A stretch of 64,000 nt of DNA from IMG/VR virus record IMGVR_UViG_3300045116_000451, positions 1-64,000 of that record. The stretch is one strand, 5' to 3'. Origin of the DNA: a virus. A program made the position numbers and the translations under genes. The notes under the pieces are model-generated. The model searched no databases and was not told the origin of the DNA. It was given only the letters and a program-made list of their open reading frames with translations. Positions 1-9,802 of this stretch are shown here, in pieces (the stretch's first letter is position 1; every line of letters begins with the position of its first letter).

Positions 1-15
1 TGGGCGGTCGCGGGC

Positions 16-1392
16 ATGTCGGCCGGGCCCCTGATCTACCAGACTCAGGCCACCTGGTACATCGATCCGGTTGCCGGCAACGACATGAACAACGGGCTCA
101 CAGAGGCGAACGCGATCCAGACGATGCGCGAGTGGTACGCTCGGACGCTGGGTATCTCACGGTGCAACATGACCGTCAACCTCGTCGGCGACTTGCCCTC
201 GAGCGACCCGCTGCCCGGCGACGTCGGGCCACAGGGAGATTTCTACATCGTCTTCAAGGGCACGCTCACTTCCGTGGAGTCCGGCACGATTGCGTCCTAC
301 ACGGCTGCGGACAAGGTCACGTACGGATTGACCCGTCCAGCCATGCTCGTAGCTGCTACCGACTGGACGCCGCACGTCGGGCGTCTGCTCAAGGACACTT
401 CCATCGGCGCGAACGGCGCGTGGATGCGCATCGCGAAGGTTCTGGCTGCGATCACAGACTGCTACGTGACGCCATGCCAGACGTTCGCGAGCGACTTCGC
501 GACCGGAGCCGCTGCGACCCCGGCCATGAACGACGGCTACGAAGTCTACACCGAGTCGAAGCTCTACATCGCATGCCGCGGCTCGCAGCCGAAGTCCGGG
601 ATGACGTACTCGGGCAGCACGATGCTCGGCGTGTACTTCGTGGACCTGGACCTTCGCCCGGCGACCGGGAACGATCTCGAATGGGCTTCGGGCATCAACC
701 GTACGCGCCTGCTTCGCTGCCGAGTTGCTGCGGACAACTCGGCGCAATTCGTCAACCTGCGCGGCGGCTTCCAGGTGTCGATGACTTCCGTGGGCCACCA
801 GTCTCAGGTATCGAGCGCTACGTTCGGTGGGCTCGGGAATATGTATTCGACGCTCGAGTCCGCGCTATTCCTTGGGACCGGCAACAGCTCCGTGTATTTC
901 CGCCAGGGACTACCGACGGCGTCGAACGGAGGCATTCTTTCGATCGGCTGCCGACTGGCCGTGCAGAATCAAACAACGCTCACCTCGAGCGCTGACATCT
1001 GTGTGATGAACGTCGCAGGCACCGGCGCAAACGGCATCGGCGTCAACGTCTACCAAGGTGCGATTCTTGATTTCCCAGGCGCAGCGGTCCTGTACGGTTC
1101 GAACAACACGGCCTGGGGCGTTCAAATCGAATCGCGCGGCGCCGTGCGTGCCGGTGGGCAATTGACTCCGGGATCTCCTCCCTACACCTACGTCAACCTG
1201 AACATCACTGGAGCTACCGGACAGGACGTGAAGATCGGTGGTGCCCTCGTGATGATGCCGGACATCACCGCTTCGGCGGGTCTCGTGCTGCCCGCAACTG
1301 CTCCCTGTCAAACGTGGGCGCAGTGCGCCAACGCTCCCTTCACCGGCACGGTCTGGAACTACGGCAACGGTGCGTACCTCGGCCTGTCGTGA
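16..1392 (+). CDS. Pectin-lyase-like beta-helix spike/receptor-binding protein (probably 5' partial)
   Basis: WYIDPVAGNDMNNGLTEANAIQT matches the typical N-terminal motif of right-handed beta-helix proteins; G/N/S/T-rich beta character. Confidence 0.6.
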   Translation: MSAGPLIYQTQATWYIDPVAGNDMNNGLTEANAIQTMREWYARTLGISRCNMTVNLVGDLPSSDPLPGDVGPQGDFYIVFKGTLTSVESGTIASYTAADKVTYGLTRPAMLVAATDWTPHVGRLLKDTSIGANGAWMRIAKVLAAITDCYVTPCQTFASDFATGAAATPAMNDGYEVYTESKLYIACRGSQPKSGMTYSGSTMLGVYFVDLDLRPATGNDLEWASGINRTRLLRCRVAADNSAQFVNLRGGFQVSMTSVGHQSQVSSATFGGLGNMYSTLESALFLGTGNSSVYFRQGLPTASNGGILSIGCRLAVQNQTTLTSSADICVMNVAGTGANGIGVNVYQGAILDFPGAAVLYGSNNTAWGVQIESRGAVRAGGQLTPGSPPYTYVNLNITGATGQDVKIGGALVMMPDITASAGLVLPATAPCQTWAQCANAPFTGTVWNYGNGAYLGLS

Positions 1393-1431
1393 GGGGGAAC
1401 GTCGTATCTGGTAACTGAACTGGTCCGGGAC

Positions 1432-1659
1432 ATGGCAGAAGAATCAATGACAATTCCAGCGGCGCGCATCGTGACCCATCTCGAACACCGGACCAAGGTC
1501 TGCCCGAGCTGCGGAGGCTCTGGCATCGACTCAACCTACTCGATGGCATTCGAGGTCCACGGTTCCACGGCCTGCCGGTGTTGGCAGTGCCGCGGCGGCG
1601 GCACGGTAATCGACGTGGTCGTGGTCCACCGGCCTGGGGTGCGCGAGGTGCCGACATGA
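1432..1659 (+). CDS. Small DnaJ-type zinc-finger protein
   Basis: CPSCGGSG and CWQCRGGG (CxxCxGxG repeats); ATGA overlap with next gene. Confidence 0.65.
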   Translation: MAEESMTIPAARIVTHLEHRTKVCPSCGGSGIDSTYSMAFEVHGSTACRCWQCRGGGTVIDVVVVHRPGVREVPT

Positions 1660-2048
1660 ACGTCGCCGATCCAGCGCTGCGGATGGAGATGGAGATCGAG
1701 CGCGACCGCTCGGGCATGCGGATCTCGTACCGGGATCGCGCGGCGAGCATTCGCATGGTGCGTCCCGACCGGCTGGAGTGGCAAGACCACTTCGGCCAGA
1801 CGCGGCGAGCGCACTTCACGGTGGATGGAATGACCGTCACCATCGTGGACGGCAAGCCATACGGCAGCATCGAGCTTCGCGCGCTCATCCTCGACGGGTT
1901 GAAGTTGCCGCGCGTGCGAGAAGAGGTGCTCGCTGCAGCGCTGGACCTGTGGTTGGAGACGACCGCTCGGCAGTGGGTACTCAAACGGCCTGATCCACCT
2001 TGGAAAGCCGCTCTCCCAGTCGAATCTCTGAGCACAGGAGAAGCGTAA
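1656..2048 (+). CDS. Hypothetical protein (130 aa)
   Basis: ATG 1656 overlaps upstream stop; GAGGTG upstream. Confidence 0.6.
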   Translation: MNVADPALRMEMEIERDRSGMRISYRDRAASIRMVRPDRLEWQDHFGQTRRAHFTVDGMTVTIVDGKPYGSIELRALILDGLKLPRVREEVLAAALDLWLETTARQWVLKRPDPPWKAALPVESLSTGEA

Positions 2049-2051
2049 CCC

Positions 2052-2588
2052 ATGCACCTTCGTTTGGTAGCGAATCCGCGGCAATTCAGCGAAGAAGACG
2101 CCTGGACCGTCGGCGAGTTGATGCAGCTCGACTGGATGTCCGTTCCGTTCGACGAGTGGTTCCTCGGTCTCAACGTCGAGATCGAGCACTACTCGATCAC
2201 CCGGGGTGACCCGCGGCGCATCGGCATGCTCGTGCTCGAGCACTTGTACGAGGACCGGCACTACTACTCGAAGATGATCCGGGCCGGGGTCGGACGGCCG
2301 CTACCAGTTGCCGAGCGAGCCGCGCCGAAGCGCCCGAGGGAGCCGGACCTCGCGTGCACGTGCAAGACCAGGCAGGGCACGTTCTCGCTCGGTAAGGGAC
2401 ACCAGTTCGGCATGCGCGTTCCGTCCGGCTCGGCCACGTGCACGACGTGCAGGTTCGTGACGCCGGATCTGGAGCGCTGCACGAACCCGGGCTTCATCAG
2501 CTGGCGCATGAGCCTGGGGGCATCGGACCCGAGCCGGTTGCCGTACGCGGCGTCCGAGTACGCTTGCGACGTGTACGAGCCGAGGTGA
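2052..2588 (+). CDS. DUF5661-like protein with C-terminal Cys cluster
   Basis: GLNVEIEH...DP..IG...LEHLYEDRHYYSKM resembles the DUF5661 consensus; N-terminal LVANP. Confidence 0.65.
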   Translation: MHLRLVANPRQFSEEDAWTVGELMQLDWMSVPFDEWFLGLNVEIEHYSITRGDPRRIGMLVLEHLYEDRHYYSKMIRAGVGRPLPVAERAAPKRPREPDLACTCKTRQGTFSLGKGHQFGMRVPSGSATCTTCRFVTPDLERCTNPGFISWRMSLGASDPSRLPYAASEYACDVYEPR

Positions 2589-2591
2589 GCC

Positions 2592-2729
2592 ATGACGATT
2601 GGACATGTCGTCGCTGGTGTTTCCGTGCTCACGTTCCTGGCGGTGGTCGGCTGGGAACTCACGAAGGGGAGCAACACTGGCTTCGCCGCGAACGACAGGA
2701 AAAAGAAGACGCGCAAGAAGCGCCGGTGA
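2592..2729 (+). CDS. 45-aa membrane protein with Asn motif and basic tail (absent from ORF track)
   Basis: Own translation: MTIGHVVAGVSVLTFLAVVGWELTKGSNTGFAANDRKKKTRKKRR; fills the gap between neighbouring genes. Confidence 0.7.
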   Translation: MTIGHVVAGVSVLTFLAVVGWELTKGSNTGFAANDRKKKTRKKRR

Positions 2730-2733
2730 CCCG

Positions 2734-5097
2734 ATGCAGGTAGTCACGCTCGATCAGCCGTTCGACCCGGAGCGACTTCCGGCCGGCACGTACGCGGCCA
2801 CGAGCGACACGCCGGCGTACACGCTTCTCTTCGCCATGGTCGCCTACGGCATGGCTCGCAGGCTCGGGCAAAGGTTCCTGGACGGCGGACGAATTGCCAT
2901 CGGAGCGCAGGTCCCGGGCGCCCGCCGCAACGCCGAATTGCCGTCCGGGATGCGCACGATCACGCTGCCGGAAGACTACTTCGCCGACACGCCGGACGAC
3001 TACCAGGACTGGCGAAAAGCCTGGTGGCGCGAAGTCATCCAGAACTCCGTCGACGCCGGGGCGACTCACATCGAACTCGGGATCCTGCAGCGCGACGATG
3101 GGATGTTCGTAGTTTCATGCCTCGACGACGGCTCGGGCATGACCGAGGACGTGCTCCTGAACGGCTTTCTCGTCGGCCGCGGCAGCGGCAAGCGCGCAAG
3201 AGATCAAGATCGGCGTCGGCCACAGATTGATTGCCTGGACCCGGACGCGCCCAAGTCCGAGACGATCGGTGGTTTCGGCGTTGCGAAGGAACTCATCGCG
3301 TTCGCGTGGCCCAAGTGGACGATCGTCACGAACAGGCTGCGCGTCGACGGCGCCGGCCCGAACTACAGCGTGTCCGAAGCCCCGAACGCCATCGCGCCTC
3401 ACGGGACGCTCGTGGAAGCTACGATGCCGCACGATTCTCATACGGACACGGGCGAGGCCGAAGCCGTGATCGGGATGAGCAATTTACCGGGAGTAACCTT
3501 CACAGTGAACGGGCAGCGGAAGTTCGCCCGAATGCGTCCTGGTGACGAGATCAAGGACGGTCGCTTCGGCTACTGCGCCATCGCCCACTACAACCGTGGC
3601 GCCGAGCGCAAGGGCATGTTCGTCCGTGTTGGCGGCATGTGGATGTACACGAAGCGGTTGCCGGACAAGTTGAGAGGCGCCGTCGTGATCGAGATCGACA
3701 GAGGGCGGTCGCGGTCGCTGCTCGCTGCCGACAGGGACCGAATCCGCAATTACGAGTTGTCGGATTGGGTCGACAAGCTCGGCCAGCGCATAGCCGTGGA
3801 CGTGCGCAGCAGCCTACAGGCCGCCGAAGAAGAAAAAGAGCGCGAGTACGCGGGCGCCAATGCTCCGTCCGAGCAAGCCGTCTCGAAGGTGCTCTTCGAC
3901 ATGCCCGTTCTGCCGGCGTTGCGGCGAGGCATCGGCCTGTTTGATGAGGCCGAGGCGATCCGCCTGGCACGAGCCGTCGCCTCGACAGGAACCGGACCCG
4001 GGACGGTTGGCTCTGGAGCCTCGGAGATGGACGCGGAAGCGCTCGGGCGGCTGCTGTCTCTTCTCGCTCACGCAACGCCCGTGACCGGAGAACGGCATCG
4101 AGAAAACATCGCGAAGCAGCTCGCGTGGAAACCGGCTTTCATCGTCAAGTGGGAGAAGCGGCGTGGCACTCCCCCGACGAGATTCTTCCCGGAAACGATG
4201 AGCGGGCCAGTTCTACTGCTGGCACGGGTCTGGAGCGCGCTATGCGGCTACGTGCTCATGCTCATGAACGCCGACCGGACCTACAACATCGGCTGGACGT
4301 TCGACCCGGAAGTTGGAGCGTCCTACTACACGAAGGGGCGCGCGCATCGCGAATACCTGCTCCTGAACCCGCTCGTGACGATGTCCGAGGGCGAGTTCCG
4401 GGTGTCCATGGCGAAAGAAGCCAAGGTGCTCAACCCGCACGACGACGAGCAGCTCAAGCACCTCGTCGCGGCCGCGCAGCACGAGTGCGCACACATGCTC
4501 ATGTGGCGGCCCGAGCACGAGACGACCGGATATCACGACGAGGAGTGGGGACAGTACGTCACCCGCACAATCGAGAAGATGGCGGACAAATGGCCGGTCG
4601 TGAAGAGGATCGTCCGCTTGGTGAGCGCTGCTCAGAGGAAGGCAACTGAGGCGCACAAGCAGACGGAGCAGGAAACGTCCGCCAGGGAAACGGCCCGCAT
4701 GTTGTTGCCGTTCTTACAAGAAATCGATCGATCAAGAGAAAGCGATTCGTGCGAGCGCATCGAAGATGTCATGCGCACGAATGCCGAAGTGATCTGGCGT
4801 CTGCTGGCCAACAGATCGTCGCCGGCTGTCTCGGGGACGTTCTGCGACAGCGAGCACGGTTTGGCGGTGTTGTACTGGGGCCGTATACGTGGTCCGTTCT
4901 CGGCTGACATGGCAATCGTATGGCTCAAGGAATTGGGATTTTGGGTTCTTGCTACGGACGACAGCGATAGGACCCGCTTGTGGGAAGCGGTGGCGCATGA
5001 AGCGAGCGGTCGGGACATAGAGATTGGTACAACAATCGCGCTGGGGGAGTACCGTGATCTGCTGCGCACATACAGGAAGACGGTTGAAGCGGGGTAG
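2734..5097 (+). CDS. GHKL (Hsp90/MORC-like) ATPase fused to HExxH metalloprotease-like domain
   Basis: REVIQNSVDAGA, DDGSGM and GGFGVA Bergerat motifs; QHECAH followed by YHDEEW. Confidence 0.75.
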   Translation: MQVVTLDQPFDPERLPAGTYAATSDTPAYTLLFAMVAYGMARRLGQRFLDGGRIAIGAQVPGARRNAELPSGMRTITLPEDYFADTPDDYQDWRKAWWREVIQNSVDAGATHIELGILQRDDGMFVVSCLDDGSGMTEDVLLNGFLVGRGSGKRARDQDRRRPQIDCLDPDAPKSETIGGFGVAKELIAFAWPKWTIVTNRLRVDGAGPNYSVSEAPNAIAPHGTLVEATMPHDSHTDTGEAEAVIGMSNLPGVTFTVNGQRKFARMRPGDEIKDGRFGYCAIAHYNRGAERKGMFVRVGGMWMYTKRLPDKLRGAVVIEIDRGRSRSLLAADRDRIRNYELSDWVDKLGQRIAVDVRSSLQAAEEEKEREYAGANAPSEQAVSKVLFDMPVLPALRRGIGLFDEAEAIRLARAVASTGTGPGTVGSGASEMDAEALGRLLSLLAHATPVTGERHRENIAKQLAWKPAFIVKWEKRRGTPPTRFFPETMSGPVLLLARVWSALCGYVLMLMNADRTYNIGWTFDPEVGASYYTKGRAHREYLLLNPLVTMSEGEFRVSMAKEAKVLNPHDDEQLKHLVAAAQHECAHMLMWRPEHETTGYHDEEWGQYVTRTIEKMADKWPVVKRIVRLVSAAQRKATEAHKQTEQETSARETARMLLPFLQEIDRSRESDSCERIEDVMRTNAEVIWRLLANRSSPAVSGTFCDSEHGLAVLYWGRIRGPFSADMAIVWLKELGFWVLATDDSDRTRLWEAVAHEASGRDIEIGTTIALGEYRDLLRTYRKTVEAG

Positions 5098-5099
5098 CC

Positions 5100-5870
5100 A
5101 TGCGTGAAAGCGTGAGGCAGAAGGTCTACGTCCTCACGGCCCCTCGCCGGGACGGCGTGAGCTACCTCGGAGCGACCGTGCGAAGCATGCTCCACAAGCA
5201 GCCCGGCTTGCGCCCGGACCAGATCGTCGCTTGCGTGGGTCGGGGCGATGGCTCGGAGGCTCGAGATGCGGGCTGCGCGGTGCACATGCCCGCTGCGGAG
5301 AAGATCGCTCTGTGGGAAAGCTCGCCTCCAGCGGACAGCATCATTGGCAACATCGTCGAGGCGCTCGGCCTTGCGGTCGAGGATGGGACCGATTGGTGCG
5401 TCATGACCGAAGACGACCTCGAACTCAGCCACGACTGGCTCACGAGGGCCCTCGCCCTGGCGGATGTAGCGCGGGCGTCGAGGGGCCGATGCCTCGTGCA
5501 GGCATGCTCCAGCCACACGGGCCTTCATCCGGACCGCGAAGGCGTCGGCTCGGACAAGGTCAAGCGCTGGTCGCGTACGTACGAGTTCTGGGGCAACCAA
5601 TTGCTGGTGTTCGAGAGAGGATGTGCTCGAGAGATTCAAGAATGGATCCCTCGCTTGCGTGAGTGGGCCGCCGATCCAAAGCACTCAAAGCATGTAGAAG
5701 GCAAGGGCGTCGTACAGCTTTACTGGGGCCCGGACCGCGTCATCGCCGCGTGGTGCCACCTCGCTGGCGTTCCAATCTGGGCAACGTGCCCGTCGCTCGC
5801 GCGACACGTGGGCCTGGTCGGGACGAGCGATTGCGCAGTGCGATGGCCAACGCTGCGCTGGGAGGGCTGA
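5100..5870 (+). CDS. GT-A fold glycosyltransferase
   Basis: VMTEDDL (DxD-like) and CPSLARHVG C-terminal motif. Confidence 0.65.
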   Translation: MRESVRQKVYVLTAPRRDGVSYLGATVRSMLHKQPGLRPDQIVACVGRGDGSEARDAGCAVHMPAAEKIALWESSPPADSIIGNIVEALGLAVEDGTDWCVMTEDDLELSHDWLTRALALADVARASRGRCLVQACSSHTGLHPDREGVGSDKVKRWSRTYEFWGNQLLVFERGCAREIQEWIPRLREWAADPKHSKHVEGKGVVQLYWGPDRVIAAWCHLAGVPIWATCPSLARHVGLVGTSDCAVRWPTLRWEG

Positions 5871-5874
5871 GTCC

Positions 5875-6759
5875 GTGGACCTCATCGCCTTCGGAGGGCC
5901 CGCGGGCCCATGCTTCGCCCAGAAGGTGGCCTGGCGTCGGCCGACCGCGGTCCTGAGCGTCTCGGCCGGTACGCCTCGCAACACGTCCGACGAGCAGTAC
6001 GGAGTGTACGCCTGGCTCGCGGCCCGCGACGGCTACGCCTGGAAGCAGATGGCCGAGAAGGCGAAGATCAACCCAGCCGAGCTTGGCAGCCTCGGCATCG
6101 CCGGCTTCAGCGCCTTCCACGGGTTCGCGAACGGGTTCCTGAAGAATCCCGTCGATGCTGCGCGCTGTTGCTACGTGCACCTGGCCGACGCATGCTTCCT
6201 CGGCGCCGGCGCGACCAAGCCACACGAGGGCTACGCCAAGTTCGCGACCGAAGCGGCCCTCGGCAAGGGCGACAAGCTCATGGTCGCCACCACGAACGGC
6301 CCCTGGGGGAAGCCGTTGGAGTACTCGTACGACTACGGGGACCCGAGCGGGCCCGTGCACTTCTCGCTGACGTCTGGCGCGCAGTGCTTCGAGCTGACGT
6401 GGAACGCCGCAATGGCCGCAGTCGGTGGCAAGCCATCCAAGCCCGAGGTGCCCCCGGGTCTTCCCGAGCCCTCCAGGAGCTTCCGGGTCGGCAACCTCAT
6501 CTGGCTGCACTACGAGACGATGACCAAGGGCCTGCCCAACCCCTGCAAGGGCGAGTACACGCTGCACGGCTGGCACGTCTCGGCCCTGGCGACGCCGCTC
6601 ATGCAGTACTACGGCGCCCCCTGGATGGCCGGAGAACGCGGCGGCGCACTGAGCGCGCCCGGTGGTTCGACCGCAAAGCTCGTCGTCGCCGGCGCCGCCG
6701 CCGTGTTTGCGTACGCGCTCGTGCGGCTCGTGCTTAGACCTTGGCGAGGCCAGCCTTGA
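5875..6759 (+). CDS. Alpha/beta-hydrolase-like protein with C-terminal TM anchor
   Basis: IAGFSA nucleophile-elbow-like motif, VHLADA; LVVAGAAAVFAYALV TM segment followed by Arg. Confidence 0.45.
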   Translation: MDLIAFGGPAGPCFAQKVAWRRPTAVLSVSAGTPRNTSDEQYGVYAWLAARDGYAWKQMAEKAKINPAELGSLGIAGFSAFHGFANGFLKNPVDAARCCYVHLADACFLGAGATKPHEGYAKFATEAALGKGDKLMVATTNGPWGKPLEYSYDYGDPSGPVHFSLTSGAQCFELTWNAAMAAVGGKPSKPEVPPGLPEPSRSFRVGNLIWLHYETMTKGLPNPCKGEYTLHGWHVSALATPLMQYYGAPWMAGERGGALSAPGGSTAKLVVAGAAAVFAYALVRLVLRPWRGQP

Positions 6760-6903
6760 CGGCGTCTTGCGCAGGCCGGCCCGGCTCGCTATCGACATGG
6801 CCGCCCAGTTCGACGCGTTCGCTCGCAAGCTCGGCATCCGCGTAGCGTACAAACGGCGCGCCGTCTGCGTAACGGCCACGAAGCTGTCGGGCGCACAAAA
6901 GCG

Positions 6904-6932
6904 TTGACAATCGCTGCGCGCGGTCTTACGGT
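6904..6932 (+). promoter_or_regulatory. sigma70-type promoter for ssb
   Basis: TTGACA-17-TACGGT; AAAGGA RBS before 6966. Confidence 0.6.
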
Positions 6933-6965
6933 TACGCAACCGCAACCCACAGAAAGGACGTTGCC

Positions 6966-7412
6966 ATGATCGGACACGCTTCGTTCCAAGCCTTCGGGAC
7001 GGTGGCCAAAACGCCGTCCCTCGACAAGCTCCCGAACGGGACCTCCCGGTTCGTCATCACGCTCGTCGCGAACCTGCCGCACAAGCCCAAGGGCTCGGAC
7101 AAGTGGACCGACCGGCCAACTTGGCTGCGCCTGGCCGTGTTCGGCGACAAAGCCGAGCGACTTGCGCGCGCCGTCAAGAAAGGGCAAGCGCTCTTCGTCG
7201 AGGGCAACATCTCGTCGTACGAGCAGACCGACTCCCAAGGGCAAAAAACCTGGGGTGTGAACTTCAACGTCCAGACAGTGCGCATCGCGCAGGATCACTC
7301 GCATCCGCGGTCCCAGCCCCAGCCCGAGAAGCGTTCGGACGGGCCGCAGCCTTCGGCCGCCCCCTACGAGATGGAGGAGCCCGTCGGAGACGACGCGCTG
7401 CCGTTCTCATGA
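6966..7412 (+). CDS. ssb: Single-stranded DNA-binding protein
   Basis: WLRLAVFGDKAE..KKGQALFVEGNI; acidic DDALPF tail. Confidence 0.9.
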   Translation: MIGHASFQAFGTVAKTPSLDKLPNGTSRFVITLVANLPHKPKGSDKWTDRPTWLRLAVFGDKAERLARAVKKGQALFVEGNISSYEQTDSQGQKTWGVNFNVQTVRIAQDHSHPRSQPQPEKRSDGPQPSAAPYEMEEPVGDDALPFS

Positions 7413-7747
7413 GCGAAGACGACCTCGAGTTCCCCGCCGATCCACCCGACGGGTACAGGGACGCACAGCCGCATGCCGTGGTGGCCAGCGCGGCAAAAGC
7501 TGCGGGTGCCTCGATTGCGAACATGAGCGCGAACGAGATCACGGTCCTTTTCAACGTGCTAGCGCCAGCGACGCTCAAGCTCTGCTGGTACGAGAACCGG
7601 TACAACGCGATGTTGAAAACGATCCGGGAGCTTCGCGCAGAAAAGCGCAAGATTTCAAATCGGTTGCGGAAGCTCGAGCAGCGAACAGGCCTCGGTTCTC
7701 ACGACGCCGGCGCGAGCGACGGGCCTGAGCCAGGCGGGGACGAGTAG
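7409..7747 (+). CDS. Hypothetical coiled-coil protein
   Basis: ATGA overlap with ssb stop; heptad-like C-terminal half. Confidence 0.6.
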   Translation: MSEDDLEFPADPPDGYRDAQPHAVVASAAKAAGASIANMSANEITVLFNVLAPATLKLCWYENRYNAMLKTIRELRAEKRKISNRLRKLEQRTGLGSHDAGASDGPEPGGDE

Positions 7748-7751
7748 CGCA

Positions 7752-8318
7752 TCACCTCCGGTACGTCCCGTAGAGTATCGCCGAGGCAACCGACCACATC
7801 TTCAAGCGTTCCATCGCATCTTCATGGTCCTTCAGCGCCCCGGCGACGATGTCCGATGCGTATTTCTTCGCTCTCTTGCTTCTCGCGGCATTTTTCAGTT
7901 GCTCTCCGACAACTCTGCGTTCGGAAGCCTGCAGAACGTCGTTTTGAGCAAGTTCCATCCAGGCATCCGCAGTGTTCGCTGCGGCCATGAGGGGAGAAAT
8001 CCCTTGATGGGAGCATACGAGCCGGCGGGCCTTGGTGCTTGGCTTACCTAGAAGCGCCCGGTTGAGGGCTTCTAGGGCCACATCGCACTCCACGATGTCA
8101 TTCGTGTCTGCTCGAAGTCGCTCCAGCCATGTTTCCCGCAGAAAAGCGACTTCCCTTCTCATCGCGAGGCCAGCGCCTTTCAGCTCGAACTCGTCGGCGA
8201 GCGAACTAAATTTGCTCGCTTCGCTTCGTCGTCCGACAGACCGCTTGCGGTCTTGCTCGATCCACTTGATCGCGCGGCCGATGATGCTTGCCTTGGTGTC
8301 TTGCTTGGCTTGCTTCAT
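7752..8318 (-). CDS. Hypothetical helical protein
   Basis: Start MKQAKQ at 8318; last gene of the recT operon. Confidence 0.55.
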   Translation of the reverse strand: MKQAKQDTKASIIGRAIKWIEQDRKRSVGRRSEASKFSSLADEFELKGAGLAMRREVAFLRETWLERLRADTNDIVECDVALEALNRALLGKPSTKARRLVCSHQGISPLMAAANTADAWMELAQNDVLQASERRVVGEQLKNAARSKRAKKYASDIVAGALKDHEDAMERLKMWSVASAILYGTYRR

Positions 8319-8322
8319 GGGT

Positions 8323-8523
8323 TCACCTGCCTTCGCAGTCGATGCTTTTGTGCGGATCTGCGGGAACGGGAGCCGCGTCGGCGTGCACGTGCACGCGAAG
8401 GCCCCCGAGCGCCGCGCTGCCGCGTGGGCGCGCTTGCACGAGCAGCGATCCGAGCACGCGCGCCGTTCGGTCGTCGATGTCAACGTCCATGGTCCCGTCT
8501 GCAGCCGTCGTCACCTTGAACAT
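8323..8523 (-). CDS. Hypothetical protein (66 aa)
   Basis: MFKVTT start; tightly packed between neighbours. Confidence 0.45.
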   Translation of the reverse strand: MFKVTTAADGTMDVDIDDRTARVLGSLLVQARPRGSAALGGLRVHVHADAAPVPADPHKSIDCEGR

Positions 8524-8525
8524 CG

Positions 8526-8756
8526 TCAGTCCCCGCACCAGTTGAGTTCGTCCCATGGCGCCGACGGAATCACCCGACTGTGATCTTGAGCGCCTCCGGC
8601 GAACACGTACTGGAGCAAGTTCAACGCTCTGCTTCTCGAAATCGTTTTTTGCTCGAGCAGGCGCAAGATCGTCTCGACCGGACCCTGGGACGCGAAGGCA
8701 GGCCCGCGCCACCAGTTCGGCGACCCGATCTCGTCCGTGATGAATCTTGGGTTCAT
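8526..8756 (-). CDS. Hypothetical protein (76 aa)
   Basis: MNPRFITDE start coupled to recT stop; GGAGG upstream. Confidence 0.55.
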   Translation of the reverse strand: MNPRFITDEIGSPNWWRGPAFASQGPVETILRLLEQKTISRSRALNLLQYVFAGGAQDHSRVIPSAPWDELNWCGD

Positions 8757-9802
8757 CAAAACACCTCCTCCGGGTCTGGGCCAGTGCTTTCCGCAGGCTC
8801 CGGCTGCGGGCCGGGCTCCGGGGGGCTCGGGACCTTGGCCTGGGGCTGCGGCACCGGCGCCTTGAGCGCCTTCGTCGATGCGGAAGCGACCTTGGCGCTC
8901 GCTGCCGGAGCCGCTGCGCCCGAGGTCCCGGTGGCCGGCGCGCTCTGGGCAGACCCATCCGCGAGCAGTCGTTGCTGGCCTCCGTTGCCAGCCGCTGCGG
9001 CTTCGAGCCGGGCTCGCGACTCCGCGACGCGACCGGAGACGCGAGGCTCGGCCGCTCGACCGAGATCGACCATCGCGGGCTCGTCCACGTCGGCCTCGGA
9101 GAGCTGGTCGATCTGGATCGCGCGCTGAAGCTCGCTGGAGCGCGGGGCGTCCTTCAAGCCATGTCGCAGCGCCGTCTTTCGGTACATCTCGGCTCGGTGC
9201 GTTCGCCACGGGCTGTCCGGCTTGTCGTGCCCGGGCACGTTGAGTCGGATCGCGTCCAGGTCTCGGAGCGGCATGACGAAGTGCTTCACGCCGCCGGTCG
9301 TGAGCTGGATCTGGCAGTAGCCGGCGACGACTCTTCCCGGGTCGTCTCCGAGGTACGGTCCGTAGACGACCTCGTTTCTGCCAAGGCCCGAGACGTCGAA
9401 CATGTCGCGCTCGTACACCACGTACGTGTTCACGACCGAGATCAGCTGGCTGCGGTACGCCAGGCGCACCAGACCAGGGTAGCCGATCACCAGGCGCGCC
9501 CGCTTCGGCTTGCTCGGGTCCTTGGAGGCGTAGCCGATGATGAACGCCTCGCCCATCGAGCCCCCGATGTCCAGGCCAAGCTCCGCCGCCTGCACGAAGG
9601 CCCAGAAGATCGTGCTGGGATAGCACTCGGCGAGCTTCGCGTCGCGCGACAGCTCCACCACCAGGCGCGCCAGCGTGCGCTCGAAGCTCACTCCGGCCGG
9701 AAGCGCCGGCTCGATCACTGCCCGAGCGTTCACGATCTGCGTTTGGACCTGCTCGCGGAATTTCACCAAATGTTCGTCCTGTGCCATCTCGTCCTCCGTC
9801 AT
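8756..9802 (-). CDS. recT: RecT-family single-strand annealing protein
   Basis: AAELGL..GEAFII..LVIGYPGLVRLAYRS..MYRKTALR motifs; adjacent to YqaJ. Confidence 0.9.
   Translation of the reverse strand: MTEDEMAQDEHLVKFREQVQTQIVNARAVIEPALPAGVSFERTLARLVVELSRDAKLAECYPSTIFWAFVQAAELGLDIGGSMGEAFIIGYASKDPSKPKRARLVIGYPGLVRLAYRSQLISVVNTYVVYERDMFDVSGLGRNEVVYGPYLGDDPGRVVAGYCQIQLTTGGVKHFVMPLRDLDAIRLNVPGHDKPDSPWRTHRAEMYRKTALRHGLKDAPRSSELQRAIQIDQLSEADVDEPAMVDLGRAAEPRVSGRVAESRARLEAAAAGNGGQQRLLADGSAQSAPATGTSGAAAPAASAKVASASTKALKAPVPQPQAKVPSPPEPGPQPEPAESTGPDPEEVF

Noticed and set aside
6797-6907. 36-aa ORF upstream of ssb
   Set aside because: No RBS and no motif; it overlaps the ssb -35 element
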